Assembly (NCBI GenBank): GCA_964016885.1
Contig: OZ024740.1
Span: 82,274,001 to 82,338,000, forward strand
Direction: 5' to 3'
DNA: 64,000 nucleotides
Source of the DNA: Eledone cirrhosa
Taxonomy: Eukaryota
The notes below the pieces were generated by a model. It was not told the origin of the DNA. It saw only the letters and a list, made by a program, of their open reading frames with translations, and made no database searches. Shown piece after piece: positions 38,570 through 53,489 of the stretch; the first letter of the stretch is position 1; the number at the start of each line of letters is the position of its first letter. A program made the position numbers and the translations under genes.

Positions 38570-39062
38570 TATCGACATCTCAGTTTGCAGGTTGGGGCAC
38601 TCAACGAAGTGCGCAGGTTATTTATATATATATATATATATATTTCGTCTCTGAATTTGTTTAGCAAGATTCCTTATCTGAAAACGTGTGTTGAAACCGA
38701 TATTGTTATACTTTGGGAGGGTCATGTTTTCAATAAACAACATGGCGTAGGACAGAACAATGGAGGGGCACAAAATAAAGAAAATAATACCCTATCACAG
38801 AAGAGGTCACAGAATGTGTGACGAAAGAAATTTGACATTATATGAACAAACATCCGGTTATAGAATCAACCAACCAATCGGAAATTTATAATAAATTGAA
38901 GTGAAAACAATGGTGCGTGTGTTGCTTATTGGCAACATGACCCTCCAAAGTATAACTTCATATATATATATATTAAGGTTTTTAAATTCAAACGTCAATA
39001 AATACGCCACGATTCTTTCATTCTGATGATTGAAAGCAACCTGCAAACTGAGATGTCGGTAT
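38570..39062 (+). mobile_element. Family A PLE terminal fragment with an inverted segment and a mutated HHR (CAGAAGA core, 38794-38836)
   Basis: 38740-38958 matches 572-812, and 38690-38730 is the inverted terminus. Confidence 0.7.
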
Positions 39063-39129
39063 ATGTTATATATATATAAATATATATATATATATTTTAA
39101 AGATGAGAACTTTCTTCATGTTTGTTTGC

Positions 39130-42100
39130 TTCTTATAATATACATAACTACGCTCCACCGAATGCCTCCTTGTTGTCGCATATGTCACGCAGAGTGAAGT
39201 CAACAGTTCGAAGCTTTCCCTCCGAATCATAGGACACTCATCCCAAACGATCAGCCTTGTATGCTGGAAGAGGTTTGCCGTCTTTGAGTTTTTATCAATG
39301 TTGCACATACCATTTTATTTCACTACTATCGGTATTTCGAACCTAGAATGCACTCTTCTTCCACCAGGCATCGGTGTTGCGGCAATGCCAGATGACGCCA
39401 CAGAAATAGCCACGTCGACGTTTCCCCTGACTTTTGAAATAATTAAGTTAATCAGGAATGTCTTTCCTGTTCCACCTGGAGCGTCAATGAAAATCAATGC
39501 AGATGTGTTCGTCTCTAATCTGTTACAAATAGGTTTTGCTGGATTTCAGGCCAGTTTCGATTGCATATCATTGTGATGAAGATCGAAGGATTGCCGTACT
39601 TCCGTATGTACATCATGGCATCCTGGCATCATACATCTCGGTCCACTGGCAAATGTGGAAGAGAGTATGATTTGCCTTCCAATATTACGAAAATCGTCAT
39701 CATCATTCAATGCGTCAGTAAGGCCCTTGTATGTTGTAGATCGCAATGATGTTTGATTCATTCGGATGTATTGCAGTCTATCTCCTTCAATCTTCGCAGC
39801 AAATCAACCAAATATTACTGAAATAAACGACCGCCTCTGAGAAGTTGGTTGAATTCATTCTCATGGTTCATTATTCGATAGGCATGGTAGCGCATTGCCG
39901 TCAACTTCTTGTTGTTGCTCATTAACAGCTGATGATGCCATCCGTCATCGCCAAAAGGAAAAAAATAGAACATACTGCAAACTGCCATAGAACCGATGGG
40001 ACTCTGAGATTATTTGCAATTGTCCGCCTTTTTCTTTCAACACAATGTGCCGTGCTTTTGCTTGAAGTTCGGTGCTGTATTGTATAATAACGGCAACTTC
40101 GTTTGCAGTTTGTGCATTGAATCTTCTCTCATATTCCATTGCTGGTATCTTATCAGGTTCAATAATAATCGAAGCTTCGGGAATATTTTTAATTTGTTTT
40201 TTTGCCATTCGAAATGAAGCAACATAAGGGTTATATTGTCTGAGTATTATATCCATTAATTCCAACGTTATTGAGAATCCTGATCCTCAATTCCTGAGGA
40301 TCCAAGAAGTACATTTGAAGAAATTGGTGTTGTTCGTTGGAATTAGGGGTTAAGGAACCGATGTAATGGTGAATTTGACCATGAATAACGATAGAAGGAT
40401 TCCATCCACTCCTTGAGGAACGAACTTCTTCGGCCCCAAAAGATGTCATTTGGAACAGGCAGTTGTATTGTCTGAGGCTCTTTCTGAACTCGTTTGCCCT
40501 AGGTTGATCAGTACTAAATAAACTATGAACTTCCTGGGATAAAGGCTGCAGATTCCCCAATCTGACGTTTCCAATCATACAGCAAAAGTTAGCAGTTTCA
40601 CCATGAAAAAGCATTGCATGACAACAGACACAGATCTTATCATCTGTCCATCATCAGCAGAGAGGTCACGTCGTTGAACTGTCCTTGCTCTATCCCTAAT
40701 GGTTTGTTGGCAAAGACGTTCTGTTCTCCGAGCGTCCGATTCATGATCTCTCCTTCTTCTGTCTCTTTCCTTCTGTTCAGCCTGACGCTCAGCACTCCGA
40801 TCATCCGATTCATGATCTCTCCTGCTTCTGTCTCTTTCCCTCTGTTCCGCTTGACGCTCAGCTCTCCGAACATCCGATTCATGATCTCTCCTGCTTCTAT
40901 CTCTTTCCCTCTGTTCCGCCAGATGCGCAGCTCTCCGACAGACCTGATTCATGATCTCTCCTGCTTCTGTCTCTTTCCCTCTGTTCCACCAGACGCTCAG
41001 CTCTCCGACCATCCGATTTATGATCTCTTCTGCTTCTGTCTCTTTCCCTCTGTTCCACCAGACGCGCAGCCCTTGCTTTATCAGTCTCATCGATCCTTCT
41101 ATTCGCATGCCTGTTCCAATCTTGTTATCGTAGACGACTATCTTGCTCACATTCTTCGGCTCCCCTTAGCCGTGCTTTCTTTGCTCTATCGATAGACCAA
41201 CCAGATGTTTTCTTTCTTCCTCGTGGAGGCATTATTTGAAATTCGAAAATCGTATTCACCTTAGAAAAAATTCTTATTACCTCAACAAATATTTTTTTTA
41301 AATCATCATTTAGAATTATTTCTAAATAATGAAAATATTGTCTGTTTAAACAACTCATATTTTTCAAATCATATTCACTTAAAATATACTTATTAATAAT
41401 TAAAATATTCTGTTTAAAGAAAGCTGAAATATATATACTCAGTGTACAAATAATTTGTATTGTTTAAGTCATTTTCACTTGAGAATATTTTTGAAACATG
41501 CCAAGACATTTTTTCCATCGAATTCACTTGAAAATAATTTTTTTTAAATGAAGATATTGTCTATGTAAATAAAGCTATTTGTGAAATCAAATTCACTTTA
41601 AAATATTTCTAAATAATTGAAATATACTTTTTATCAAAAGCAAAAATATAAACGCCTACTGTTTAACACCAACTGGTATTTTTCAGTGATATTCACTTAA
41701 TGCTTTTTCTGATAATTAAAATATCGTCTGTTTAAAGAAAGCACGAATATAGATATTTGAAGTACAAACAACTTGTAGTTTTGAAATCATATTCACTGTG
41801 AAATCACTGAAAAATCTCTTTTTAATAATTATTAAACTATTTTCATCATTCGAGAAATATATTTATGTCGATTTACGTCAAACCTGTTTTATCCCCATTT
41901 CAGGGTTATATCACTTACAGGGCTATTTTTCCATTATACACCGTTTTGGCTATTTACGAAGGTATCCGCAACACACACACACACACACAAATATATACAT
42001 ATAACAATCCAGGAAGCTCCAACCGTTAAGGTTGTCTTTTTTCAGGGTATGTCAATATTTATTTATAAAACTAATATGTATTGTATATTATCTGATGAAA

Positions 42101-43027
42101 GCGCACCATAATTTGTATTGGTGGCCCTTGAAATATGTATAATAAAATAAATATGGTTTTATAAATATAGCTTCCATTTGTTAATATATTGTATATTTAC
42201 TCCAATAATTTGTTGAGTGCTTTATATCAGTTATAAAAATATGTTTAAGCTTGTTGTATTCCAACAAATTAAATATAACCTCTGCATATATCTATATATA
42301 TATATGTCTCTAACTTAAGTACTGTTACACACACATACACACACATGTCTCAAAGTACGTAAATACATGCACTGGCACACATACACATACAAATACACAC
42401 GGTGGCAGTATAACTGTCAAAGAGAGAGAAAGAAATAACGTTATGGATAGGGGGAGAGTTAAAATAAATAAAAGTTAAGGACGTTGTCTCTTTCCCTATT
42501 TGTAATCCCCCTCTCTCTCATCCCCTCACTCTCTCTCTCTTTTTCTCTCTTTCACCCTCTCTCTCTCTTTCTCTGTCTCTCTTACCTACAGAATGGACAA
42601 CCAAAAAACAAACAGATTATTTCTTTCGATATTCATAATAAAATAAGATAAATTGAATTTAAATGAATTCCTTGCGATTTTGGGGAAATTGAAAATAGTG
42701 TCCATGTGCGATTGACGCCAAACTTGTTTTATTGAGAGTATTTTCTCATTGTACAATGTTTTGGCTATTTACGAAGTTTTGCGGGTTATGTTAATTTCGA
42801 GGTATTTTTAGAGTATGCACCGTTGTGGCTATTTACGAAGGTACCCCCAAAACCCGCGAATCTCGGGAACCCGGGGTCAGATTTCCGCGAACTTGTTTAT
42901 TCAATGTGTATTCCCATTTCAGAGGCAACTTGCTTTCAAAGGATTTACCCATTATGCGCCCTTTTGGCTGTATTACACAACAGACAAGCAAGCAAGCATG
43001 CAAGATCAGAGTTTTAGTAGTATATAG
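39130..43027 (-). mobile_element. Decayed coding Helitron (Rep/Hel), internally deleted
   Basis: Putative 5' TC-TATATACTACTAAAA at ~43027. Coding motifs include MPPRGRKK, ~60 bp R/E/D repeats, GETANFCC, RQYNCLFQMTSFG, IHGQIHHYIGSL, RRFNAQTANEVA, PSIFITM, and PIF1 motifs IFIDAPGGTGKT and LIVWDECPM. Confidence 0.88.
42082..42150 (+). ncRNA. Hammerhead ribozyme (family E) in a fragment (42005-42290) inserted in the Helitron 5' region
   Basis: UAUUAU-CUGAUGA-AAGCGCACCA...UGGUGGCCCUU-GAAA-UAUGUAU-A-AUAAAA. Confidence 0.75.
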
Positions 43028-43934
43028 ATAGAATATAGATAGATAGATAAAATACACATTAGGTGATTTTTACAAATCTCTAATAATTTAGAAAGTATTT
43101 CTTTTATAACTCATATAAACTCGATGGCAAAATATGAATTAATTATTATTCCATTATACATTGTGTGTATGTGTGCTTGTGCGACTGTGCGTTTGGTGGT
43201 ACGTAACATTATGATTACAGTGATTGTTTCATGATCGAACGATTATAAGATCGATACTGCATATTTTTTTTCTTCAACAAGGCGCTTTATTTTCCGTTTA
43301 ACCTGTCTAAAGGTGTTGCCCCCGTAAATCACACCACTGTTTTCACACTGTATCTTCCTAAGAAATACATTAATGTCAGAAGTGTTTACTGAATGATGAG
43401 GAAATAGATGTTAATTTTGCAAGTAGACCACTATGCTGTTCGAAGAACTGTAACACTCCTCATGTTAGTGTTAGTTATATGCCATCTGCTGCCTCTGTGA
43501 ATTTATATATATAAGTAGAAATAATTTTGAAAGCATATATAACTAGAAGTGTATATATATATATATAGTCAACAAGTGCCAGTAAAATTACATGCGCTAA
43601 AGATACATATATATATTTGAAAATAATGGATGGGAATATATATTTAGAAATTTATATATAGTCACACATAGCGTGTAAAATACATCCCCTAAACATGCAT
43701 ATATTTGAAAATAATGTATAGGGAGTTTGGTGGAATCAGCTAGCACACATATCCAGACAACAGGGTGTGCGGGTTCGACTCTCATGCGACAAGATTCCCA
43801 TTGTATCCTTTCTGGGATCATATGTGCAGTGTTTTTCTGTAGGTGAAACACCGCGAAATTTAATTTTTTAATTTTCATTCACTACTTTATTCTAAAACAC
43901 GTTTTGATTCGCATACCAGCATATATATATATAA

Positions 43935-44003
<69 letters not shown>

Positions 44004-46488
44004 ATCCTGGTAAAGGACAAATAAAGTGAAAACACTCTTTAAAAAATACCCAATAATAACCTAAATCACACGAAAATATACTAAAAAGTAAACAGCCTCA
44101 ACTTAAAGGATGCAGCCCAGTCAACATCAGAGGAAAAACGCTTTGGCAAAAAAAAAGGTATTTATTGAAAATTTGTCCAAAGCTGAACTCTTTGCACACA
44201 TAAATGTTAATACTTGGTCAGAATAGATTTACGTTGCTTGTCCAGGATTGCATATACAACCAGTTGCATCCTTTGTTTTAATAAAAAAGACCAGTGACAC
44301 TAACATTACAAATGCAACTTTGAAAATTGTAGATAAAATATTTTGCAGAGCTGTATAAGCGAAACTGGTGAAGTACAACAACTATTCTTTTTGTAAAAGA
44401 AACATCTTTTCTCCTTGAGCATTTGATAGGTAACATTTATAAATAATATACAGAGTAGGCGATTTTTACATACCGCTGGCAAGTTATGAATTAATTATTA
44501 TTCCAATATACAATTCGTGCATACATATTCTTGCTTTTTGTATTGAATAACATCAGCTAAATTATCAATATATTAGAGTTTCTTTGTTCATTGTATATAT
44601 TACGTCAACATTCACTTCCAGTATGTGTATCTTAATTTAGAAACTATTGTTGTTATGTTATATATGAATTATTTTGTTATGATACGCCATACTTCAAGAA
44701 CACAAAATGCAATTCAGCGTTATGAAATTATAACCTCTAATTAATTCCACTTCATTGAAACTTAATTCACATTCCATTAATGAATATTACTTCTAATTCT
44801 AAAAGTACCAGTAATGCACTGGGTATTTGCTGGCCTTGTGCCAAAAGTAGAAACAATTATATATGGATGTGTTGAGAAATTCCTCTAAATATTTCACCTG
44901 GCTCTGGATCATTCTCCTGTGATCTCGAAATATCCATGTTTAGGGCACCGTTTAATATTTATGAATATACTCTAGTGATGCTATTCCTTTTAATATTGCC
45001 AGGATTTTATTTTTAGAGTTTTATTTTCTGAAATATCTCTTCCTAGATATTAAAGACACAAACATTTCTTAACATTACACAATTTTTGTTTTGTATTATA
45101 TCATTTGTGACTTGTATTAAACTTATTCGGGTTCTTCCTTAATATTTTCATTAAATATGTCGGCTGTGTGGCAAAATATGAATTTTCTTCTGGTTCATTG
45201 ACACCTCAAATGATTATCAACTTCGCACACATATATTAGCGTTTTCTCAAGATAATCATTGCTCAGAGACAATGTATGTGATGAGTATATTTCTGATTCT
45301 ACTTATTTCTTTCTTGTTATATTTCTGTTCGATTTCAACCATGTAGATTATTAAGAGTTGAAACTGTAGCCGACGCGAGTAATTTCTATAATTAGTGTAT
45401 ATTTATATATTTCTGGAAAATTGATCAAGTCCATTAGTTGCCTTCAAAGCCAGGGAAGGTTATTAAACAGAGTGAATAAATTTGTCATATTCTTGTAATA
45501 TTCTATTCTGAAAATATATCATGAATTTCTGTTTCCAGCCACAAGACGGTCACACTATTTCCCATGTCACTCGTTAACAATAAAAATAGAACTTCTATAA
45601 TTACGCAAAGTAATATTCCTTTACGGAGTGCTGTAGCAGATGGAATTTCATGGGCGAATGATTACCAGATTAGAGTCCCATGCTACCAGAAATCGATGTA
45701 ATTTCGTTTAGGATTTTGATTAAATATTACAAAGTATTTAATCTTCAGGCACAACAAATGTGAGATTTTGGATATTTTGATGAGGAGAATATTATCAATC
45801 TATTACCTTAAAATTGTGTTACACAAGGGTTTAGTTCAAGCTATTCTGAAAAGAAAAATGAATAGCATGCTTGTCATGATAGATGCAGTATCCAAATTAC
45901 TAAACGGTAGCTCCTCAGACACTTAGAAATATGATGTATATTGATTTGATTTTAACTATACAGCAATTATTATAAAAATAAGCGGATTGTTATGAATATT
46001 TGTATTTGCAGAAACTTCGCTGCAACCGATTAACGTAAAACATAATTTTACTTTCACTAATGATAGATGGGGTGTGCCACCTAGTAATTCTATCAGTTTG
46101 TTTATAATATAAGAACCAATAGCTTCCTCTCTTACCATTTGCTTTCTATTGCTATTGTGAAATCTACAAAGGATTGCATTATATATTCCGTTTCGCTTAG
46201 AAGCAATTAAAAATATACCTACCTCTCTTTGCATTAATAATAGACTCTAGTATATGTAAGTGAGGAATAAACATGTATCATACAACCTGAATACATTGGG
46301 TTATATTGATATTATTCCACATGCGTTTTTAGGTATTGGACCCCATCAGTGATTATTATAAGGATACTTCTATTCATTTTTAGGATTTATTGTATCTCAT
46401 TTTCAGGATTTGCTTCATATAGCTATAACAAACAACCCTGTCGACCCGCATGCAAACACACATATACATACATATGTGCACACACACG

Positions 46489-46592
<104 letters not shown>

Positions 46593-48773
46593 CACACGCG
46601 CGCGCGTGCGCACACACACACACACACACATATACACGCACACATATATATATATATTACCTGGCTTATATATACATAGATACATATACACACCTACACT
46701 TTATGAATATGTACGTTTGTGTGTATACATGTGCGTGATTGTATGTAAGGGAGTGAGTGTTTAATTGTTTGTAAAACTTGCATTCTAGACAAAGATTAGC
46801 GACAAATACAATTTGTTTTTATTCTATGTCAACAATCTTTATATACCCAGCTCATATTTCCGTCTCAGAGATGAATAACAATGTTCCACTCCATGTGTAT
46901 GTATTTTTGGTCTTCTTCAGATTTTATGCTATCACTTTTACAGTTGATATTGATAACATTAGATTCAATTAATTGTACGGGACCTCTTACATTCTTACTT
47001 GACTCAGTATTATTCTTAAGTATGCTGATAATGCATACTTTGTGTGCATGAAAGTACTTTTACATCACTTTTGATTAAAAAGGCGAAATTAGAATATGAG
47101 GATGATGCATTTGAACAATCCAGGCAATCCAAATATTTTCGGTAGAATCTTTTATCTTCTAACTAGAATTCTCTTTCTTTCATTTTTTTATATTTCACAA
47201 TTTGGAATAGATAGCAAACTTGATTGGGAAAAATAACAAGATAGAAAATCGTTTTATCAGAGTGCAGTTGAATCCTATGTAAACCTAACTTCGTTTCACC
47301 TATTTCTTTCTAAAGACAAATACTGTTAATTACTTGCCAGTGAAATATGAGATACAACAATCATAACATTTAATCATAATATTGAACGTTGAAAATAATT
47401 TAGAGAACAATATCTCGTTTACTATGAATTTATTACATGCATTTTCTATAAAATTAAATATATTCATCACATGACTAAAGTGAAAGTAGTTAGATAAACC
47501 ATTTCAATTTCTTTTGTAAAAAGAAGAATGTCTGGATTAAGAATTTAGACAACAAATTCCCCTAAATAGAGCTATGTTGGCGTTTTTAGTTGAATTTCTA
47601 TTATATATGTAATTGAATTTTTTCTCCGTCGTACTTACATATTGCTGTATGGCATTTTATTTGGTTTCATTGGACTTGGCTCTGAGGAAAATTGGAGGAC
47701 TACACTAAACAACATAAATGCATCATGTGCTAATATTAAACGTCTAAATTACCGATTGCTATAAAAATACCGTATCTGACATAGTGATAAATTTATCAAC
47801 CATTTGTAGATATATACGAGTCATACCTCTCAAACAAACAAACACGGGAGATGGCTGTGTATTACAATATTTATTATTAAATTAGAAGTCCTGCAACTGA
47901 GTTTTGAAAATATACGGCTCTATTTGAGATGGTACTGCAGCTACACGCAAAGTCTATATCATAATGTCTGAGCAACACAGTTTTGTATGGAAAAAAGGGT
48001 TACGTTTCTGCTATTTGGCTGACCTTATTGAACTTAATTAGTGCCATTCCTTCTACTATATTACGAGCGTTCTCTCCCATGTTCGTCATGTATGTTATAC
48101 TGTATATTACGTTTCTTGTCTTAAGCTTCAGGATTGCTTACTTCGCCGTCTTCACAATTTCTATCTATACAGAACTTTTCCTAAACGTGTGCACTTTGCT
48201 GATTAAGGATTTGATAGAGATACCCGAATGTCTTCTCCGTAACAAAATTAGTTTCTATTGATTCATAGCGTGTCTACATCTACATGATAATTAGACGTTA
48301 AGGGTACCATCGACGTTTTCATATAATGAGTTGGCCTGATTTATCTTCATTATACTTTCTATTAACTTTGGTCTCTTGCTCCTCTACTAGGCCCCACCGA
48401 AAGCTCCATTGTATTACCTGATAGTTGCCAATAGTTTTAAGGGATATAGATATAAAATGTGCGATTATATTGAGCTACATAAACTGCATCAGCTTTTCAA
48501 TAAAATCAAAAAAGTGAATCAAAATGTACAAAGGAGCCATTGAAAAATATATAAATAGAATTATAAACTCAGATAAGGGTAAGCATACACCAATAGATAA
48601 CAGACTGGTGATATAGAAAAACACACACCCATGCACGCACAAACGTGCGATCATACACTCACGTGGGTGAGCAGGTGCATATTGCACACATACCACAATA
48701 AACAAAAACAGCATTGTAAGAAAATGATAAACACCCACTAGGGATAGGTCGTAAGAAAAGGAGACACATAGCC

Positions 48774-48856
48774 TTACACACGCTGATGAACCGAGACTAA
48801 CATTTCTTTCAACAATTTCTCTGGCGAAACATATCTCTGGATTTGTACGTGTGTAA
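48774..48856 (+). ncRNA. Hammerhead ribozyme (family C) with canonical CUGAUGA core, within family C copy 48765-49112
   Basis: Stem I UUACACACG/CGUGUGUAA (9 bp), GAAA at 48826-48829, cleavage triplet GUA. Confidence 0.8.
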
Positions 48857-49106
48857 TATAGTTATAGAGGTATTTATTTACGCTTTAATTTATATTTTTA
48901 ATTATCGTGTCTATAGTCTGCCTTTCATAGGTTATAGATTCCATACACTGGTGGTTTTTTCCCCTGTATTATTGATAACGCACTATATATCTCTCTCTGG
49001 TGTGTTACCTTCTCAACATATTATATTCTAAAGGGCTCAGGATCTCTTCCCCTTTGAGCACATTATTTACAGGGAATAACGACGGCCTATGCCTCCGTTA
49101 ATTTAT

Positions 49107-49181
<75 letters not shown>

Positions 49182-49294
49182 ATATTAACAAATGGAAACT
49201 ATATTTATAAAACCATATTTATTTCATTATAAATATTTCAAGGGCCTGTGTGTGTGTGTGTCTGTATATATTATATATATATATATGTGTGTGA

Positions 49295-49358
<64 letters not shown>

Positions 49359-49858
49359 CTCCCTCTCTCTCTTTCTCGCTCTCTCTATATATATAAACGT
49401 GCTTTGTGGTGACTGAGTTCTATACATTGATTGCAAACCTAAAGTCGTATTGTGTTCCAATCCGTTAACACTAATATTGTTATATTTTTCACATAGTTTT
49501 ACTTGAACCAAGGCACATCGAATATTATTCTTGCTGATTTCATTCTTATCAATCGCATCTTTGTTATTTAGATTTTACGTTAAGGTGTTTGGATTGTTTT
49601 CACGTTCGCAGAGTTTTGTTGTCTACAGAAGGTTTGTGATACATATCACAGTGCGTACATTACCTCCATATCTTTGATTTTATCTGTGCAACAGGATATT
49701 ATCTGCCATCTCTCCTAAAGTAGAAATACCGAATTCATGTTACTGACACAAATGGTTCACTGTTACCGACACTACTAAAGTGCCTTTGGACATAGTAGTG
49801 TCTTGGACAATGATATTATTACGTGAAGGTTTATATAGACGCATATATACATATATAA

Positions 49859-49918
<60 letters not shown>

Positions 49919-50109
49919 TAAATCATGTCCTTATAATTATTAGATAACATATATAAAATTTCCTCTCCCAATTAGCATTATATATATATATATATATAGT
50001 ATAAAAGAGAAAACACAGGTAAGCATTAAGAGAAGGATTTTATCCATGTATTTACGACCGCTTCGTTGGTAAGTGCAACCTTATAATGCTATAGTGCAAA
50101 TAGCAGCCA

Positions 50110-51780
50110 CTCAATTATAATTGTTGTTCACAGTCCAAATTTTCAAAATAGTAAGTTACTCTTGAAATAATTCTTAATATATATAGAGAAAAACATTTAT
50201 TTGGAATTGTATTTACTCGTATATAGAGAGAGGAATCAGAAGGTGAGGGGACAGACGGAATAGTATGGAGAGAGAGGAAGGGGGAAGAGGTAGGAAGTAG
50301 AGTGACAAACTGAGATGGAGGGAGGGGTAGAGGTGGAAGGATTCCTCGGTCAGTTTTGATAGCAGACTTCATGTCGTGGAATGTAGTGAGTTAAAGAGAA
50401 TTAAATTGATCATAGTGGGAGGGATGGATAGAGAGGGAAAGAGAGAGGGGGGAGATATAAAGAGATAAATATATATATATATAAAATAAAGATAAAGATA
50501 ATAATGACAAAAATAAAAGCAAAGGAGGGGGTGAGAAAGAAGAAAAGAAAAGATAGCCAAGAAGGGGAGGGAAGGAAGGAAGAAAACGAAGAAATAGAAG
50601 AGGAATGCGGGAGAAGAGGGGGAGGGTAATTAAATGGTTTAGAAACAACAATAGTGTATAAAGTCTAAGTATATGCAGTTTGTCAGTTGGTGGTAAGAGG
50701 TTAAGGGTTCGATTTGTAGTGCGAAAACTTCTCTTTGAGTTACAATAAATTGATCTCTCGATTTTATTGTTGAGTAACATATTCTTCGAACTTAAGATGT
50801 GGAATAGATACATAACAACACCAAAACATAAATTTACAGCAATAACACTACAATCACCACCGAACACAACAGAATATCTAATATACAGCCACCCGCTAAT
50901 AGGCAAACAAAACGTAACACACTTGTACAGGCATCGCAGCCCACAAATAATGCCAAAGTTGCCCATGACAAGAACTGTAACTGCCACCTACCTGAAACCT
51001 GTCCATTACATAATGAATGTATGCAGTCTAACCTGGTTTACCAATGCACAATGGAATCAGACAACCAGAAATGGTATTACATCGGAGTGACTGGGAATAC
51101 ATTTAAAGCCCGTTGGTATACACACCGTTACGCAATGAAACATTCCCAGCACCGTTATGTAACTACCCTTGCAAACAAGACCTGGCAACTGAGAGAAAGT
51201 AACCATCAATACACCCTGAAGTGGAAAACATTATCGAACGCGCCCCCATATCGGAGTGGTATAAGAAGCTGTCGATTATGCGACCTTGAGCTATTCCACA
51301 TCTTAAGTCGCAGAATAAGTTACTCAACAATAACATATTTTGGCTACTGTCTTTTTAACACCCCACTCACTCACTGATTAACCTCGATGTCACGTGATTG
51401 ATTCTTTTGAATTTGCCACTGAACGGGAAGGTAGTGAAATGTTCAGTGTCTTGAAATTTAGTCCGCGCTTGCTTCTTTTCTATTCACTGAATTATTTTTG
51501 TTTGAGATCCCTGTGTCCGCCTATCGCCAGGGATCTTAGCAGAAAATTGACTCCCTGATGAAGAAAGGAATTCTCAATAGTTTTGAACACCATGTATATC
51601 CCCTTTCAGAAACTAATTAGTTGGAGTGAAACTTAAGTAAGTAAGTTAATTATTATAATTTTCTTATTTTACGTCTTTCATATAATTGTTCTACATTTTT
51701 GTATTGAACCACAAAGTTACTAAGACAAAACCTATATCTTGCTATCATAAGTATACTTCTGTATAAATATGTTGGTAGAT
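50110..51780 (+). mobile_element. Naiad-like PLE 3' fragment with 5' inversion
   Basis: Plus strand NCNCH...CMQSNLVYQC...WYYIGVTGNTFKARWYTH...SCRLCDLELFHIL (ORF 51021-51377). Minus-strand 50690-50808 carries the duplicated and continuing C-terminus LFHILSSKNMLLNNKIERSIYC. Confidence 0.8.
51550..51627 (+). ncRNA. Hammerhead ribozyme (family I) with long stem II loop
   Basis: ACUCC-CUGAUGA-A-GAAAGG...CCUUUC-A-GAAA-CUAAUUAG-UU-GGAGU, with palindromic stem III ACUAAUUAGU. Confidence 0.8.
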
Positions 51781-51798
51781 ATACTAATTCTTTATATA

Positions 51799-52202
51799 TA
51801 TATATTGGTAAACGGAATAGAAAATGCTGACAAATTGTTCACAGTTGAAAAATGGTTTAATTAGGAATAAAAGAGTATTAGTGATTGTATGGGTTAGTAT
51901 TCAGTTGAGGTTTTAAGTTTTTAAGTTTTTACCGGTTGCGCATTTCTAAATGCTTTTCAAAAATAATTTTGCGATAGAGTGTCCGTGCTGTTTGCTCTGA
52001 TCAGAGCAAACAGCACGGACACTCTATCGCAAAATTATTTTTGAAAAGCATTTAGAAATGCGCAACCGGTAAAAACTTAAAAACTTAAAACCTCAACTGA
52101 ATACTAACCCATACAATCACTAATACTCTTTTATTCCTAATTAAACCATTTTTCAACTGTGAACAATTTGTCAGCATTTTCTATTCCGTTTACCAATATA
52201 TA
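51799..52202. repeat. Perfect 404 bp zero-spacer palindrome
   Basis: Centre tttgctctga|tcagagcaaa at 52000/52001. No mismatch was seen between the arms. Confidence 0.97.
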
Positions 52203-52231
52203 ATAACTTGTGTGTTACACCTCTATTCTTT

Positions 52232-52277
<46 letters not shown>

Positions 52278-53015
52278 CAGTATGCGTGTATTTATATATC
52301 TCTCATTTTCTCTCTATCGCTCTTTCTCCCTCTCCCCATGTACATGTCTGGACGTAAGTGATTGCCAAACATGTTAGAAATAACTTACTGTGTTTATATA
52401 GTAGACTGAAGAACACGGAGAATAATTTAAAGAGAAAAGAAATTAGAAAGATATACAATAAAACAGATATATAATAAAATATTTAGATGGAACAATTGGT
52501 CTTAAAAACATTTAAACTATTTTAAATATGTTTTTAGAATATTATATAATTCAGCATTATACGTATATAGAACTACTAACAGGGCGTTATGTATAATTCT
52601 TATAAGCAGGGATACAAATTTCAAATCCATACATAACGCGCTTTTCTCGGAACAATTTATAATATATACCTGCCAAAAAGTATTTATATTCTTTTGAAAT
52701 AGGTTTTACCAATAGTTAGTGTAGTCAATTAAGGATTGTCAGCGAAAGAAATCGATCTATCTGAACTTACACGCATGAGATTACTTTTCAGATGATCCTT
52801 GATTGATTATTGCACCGCACTAAAAAAAGGTGAAGCGTATTTCAGAAGCCATATAGGAATAATGTTCGAAGGAATATACATATTTTCTGCCAGGTGACTA
52901 CATTGGAATTCTTTGTTAAATTTTAATGTTACCTTACTGAACTATGTGATGTGTTCTTTCATTCTCTAAAGATTATCACCTGTTAAAGTTCATATCTTAT
53001 TGTCATTAGATATAA

Positions 53016-53050
<35 letters not shown>

Positions 53051-53053
<3 letters not shown>

Positions 53054-53330
53054 TCATCATCATCATCATCATCAACGTTTAACGTCCGTGTTCCACGCTT
53101 GCATGGGTTTGGACGGGGGTAGTCCCACTTGAGGCAAGAGTGATTGTCTTGCTCGCATAGGACTGTCTGGCAGGTTTTCTACAGTTGGATGCCCTTCCTA
53201 ACACCAACCACATTTACAGTGTGGGTCTGGGAGGTTTTTACCGTGTTGCCTACACGGCCACATTAGGGCGTGGACTGTGTGTTTTTTTGTCGTGACACCT
53301 ACACGATCTCATTTGTTTCGGCCTCGATGG
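53051..53330 (-). mobile_element. SINE-like 3' portion with (GAT)n tail (RTE-type 3' end)
   Basis: (CAT)n then cgtttaacgtccg...ttctacagttggatgcccttcctaacaccaacc on the plus strand. I recall this as a common octopus SINE pattern. Confidence 0.6.
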
Positions 53331-53404
53331 CGCGGCACCAACATAACTTTACATAGAACGGGGTGGTGTGGATGGGGTGGGGGCGGGGGTGGTGGGACGG
53401 GGTG

Positions 53405-53464
<60 letters not shown>

Positions 53465-53489
53465 AATTGATATTATTTACTAATTTTAC

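Noticed and set aside
40690-41065. Regular ~60 bp repeats superficially like a CRISPR array
   Set aside because: There are no unique spacers. They are coding repeats inside the Helitron ORF in a eukaryotic context.
43720-43800. tRNA-like A/B boxes (gggttcgactc)
   Set aside because: No cloverleaf. At most a decayed SINE head, not a tRNA gene.
44200-44420. Possible additional TIR-domain remnant
   Set aside because: Only vague peptide resemblance, which cannot be supported without alignment.
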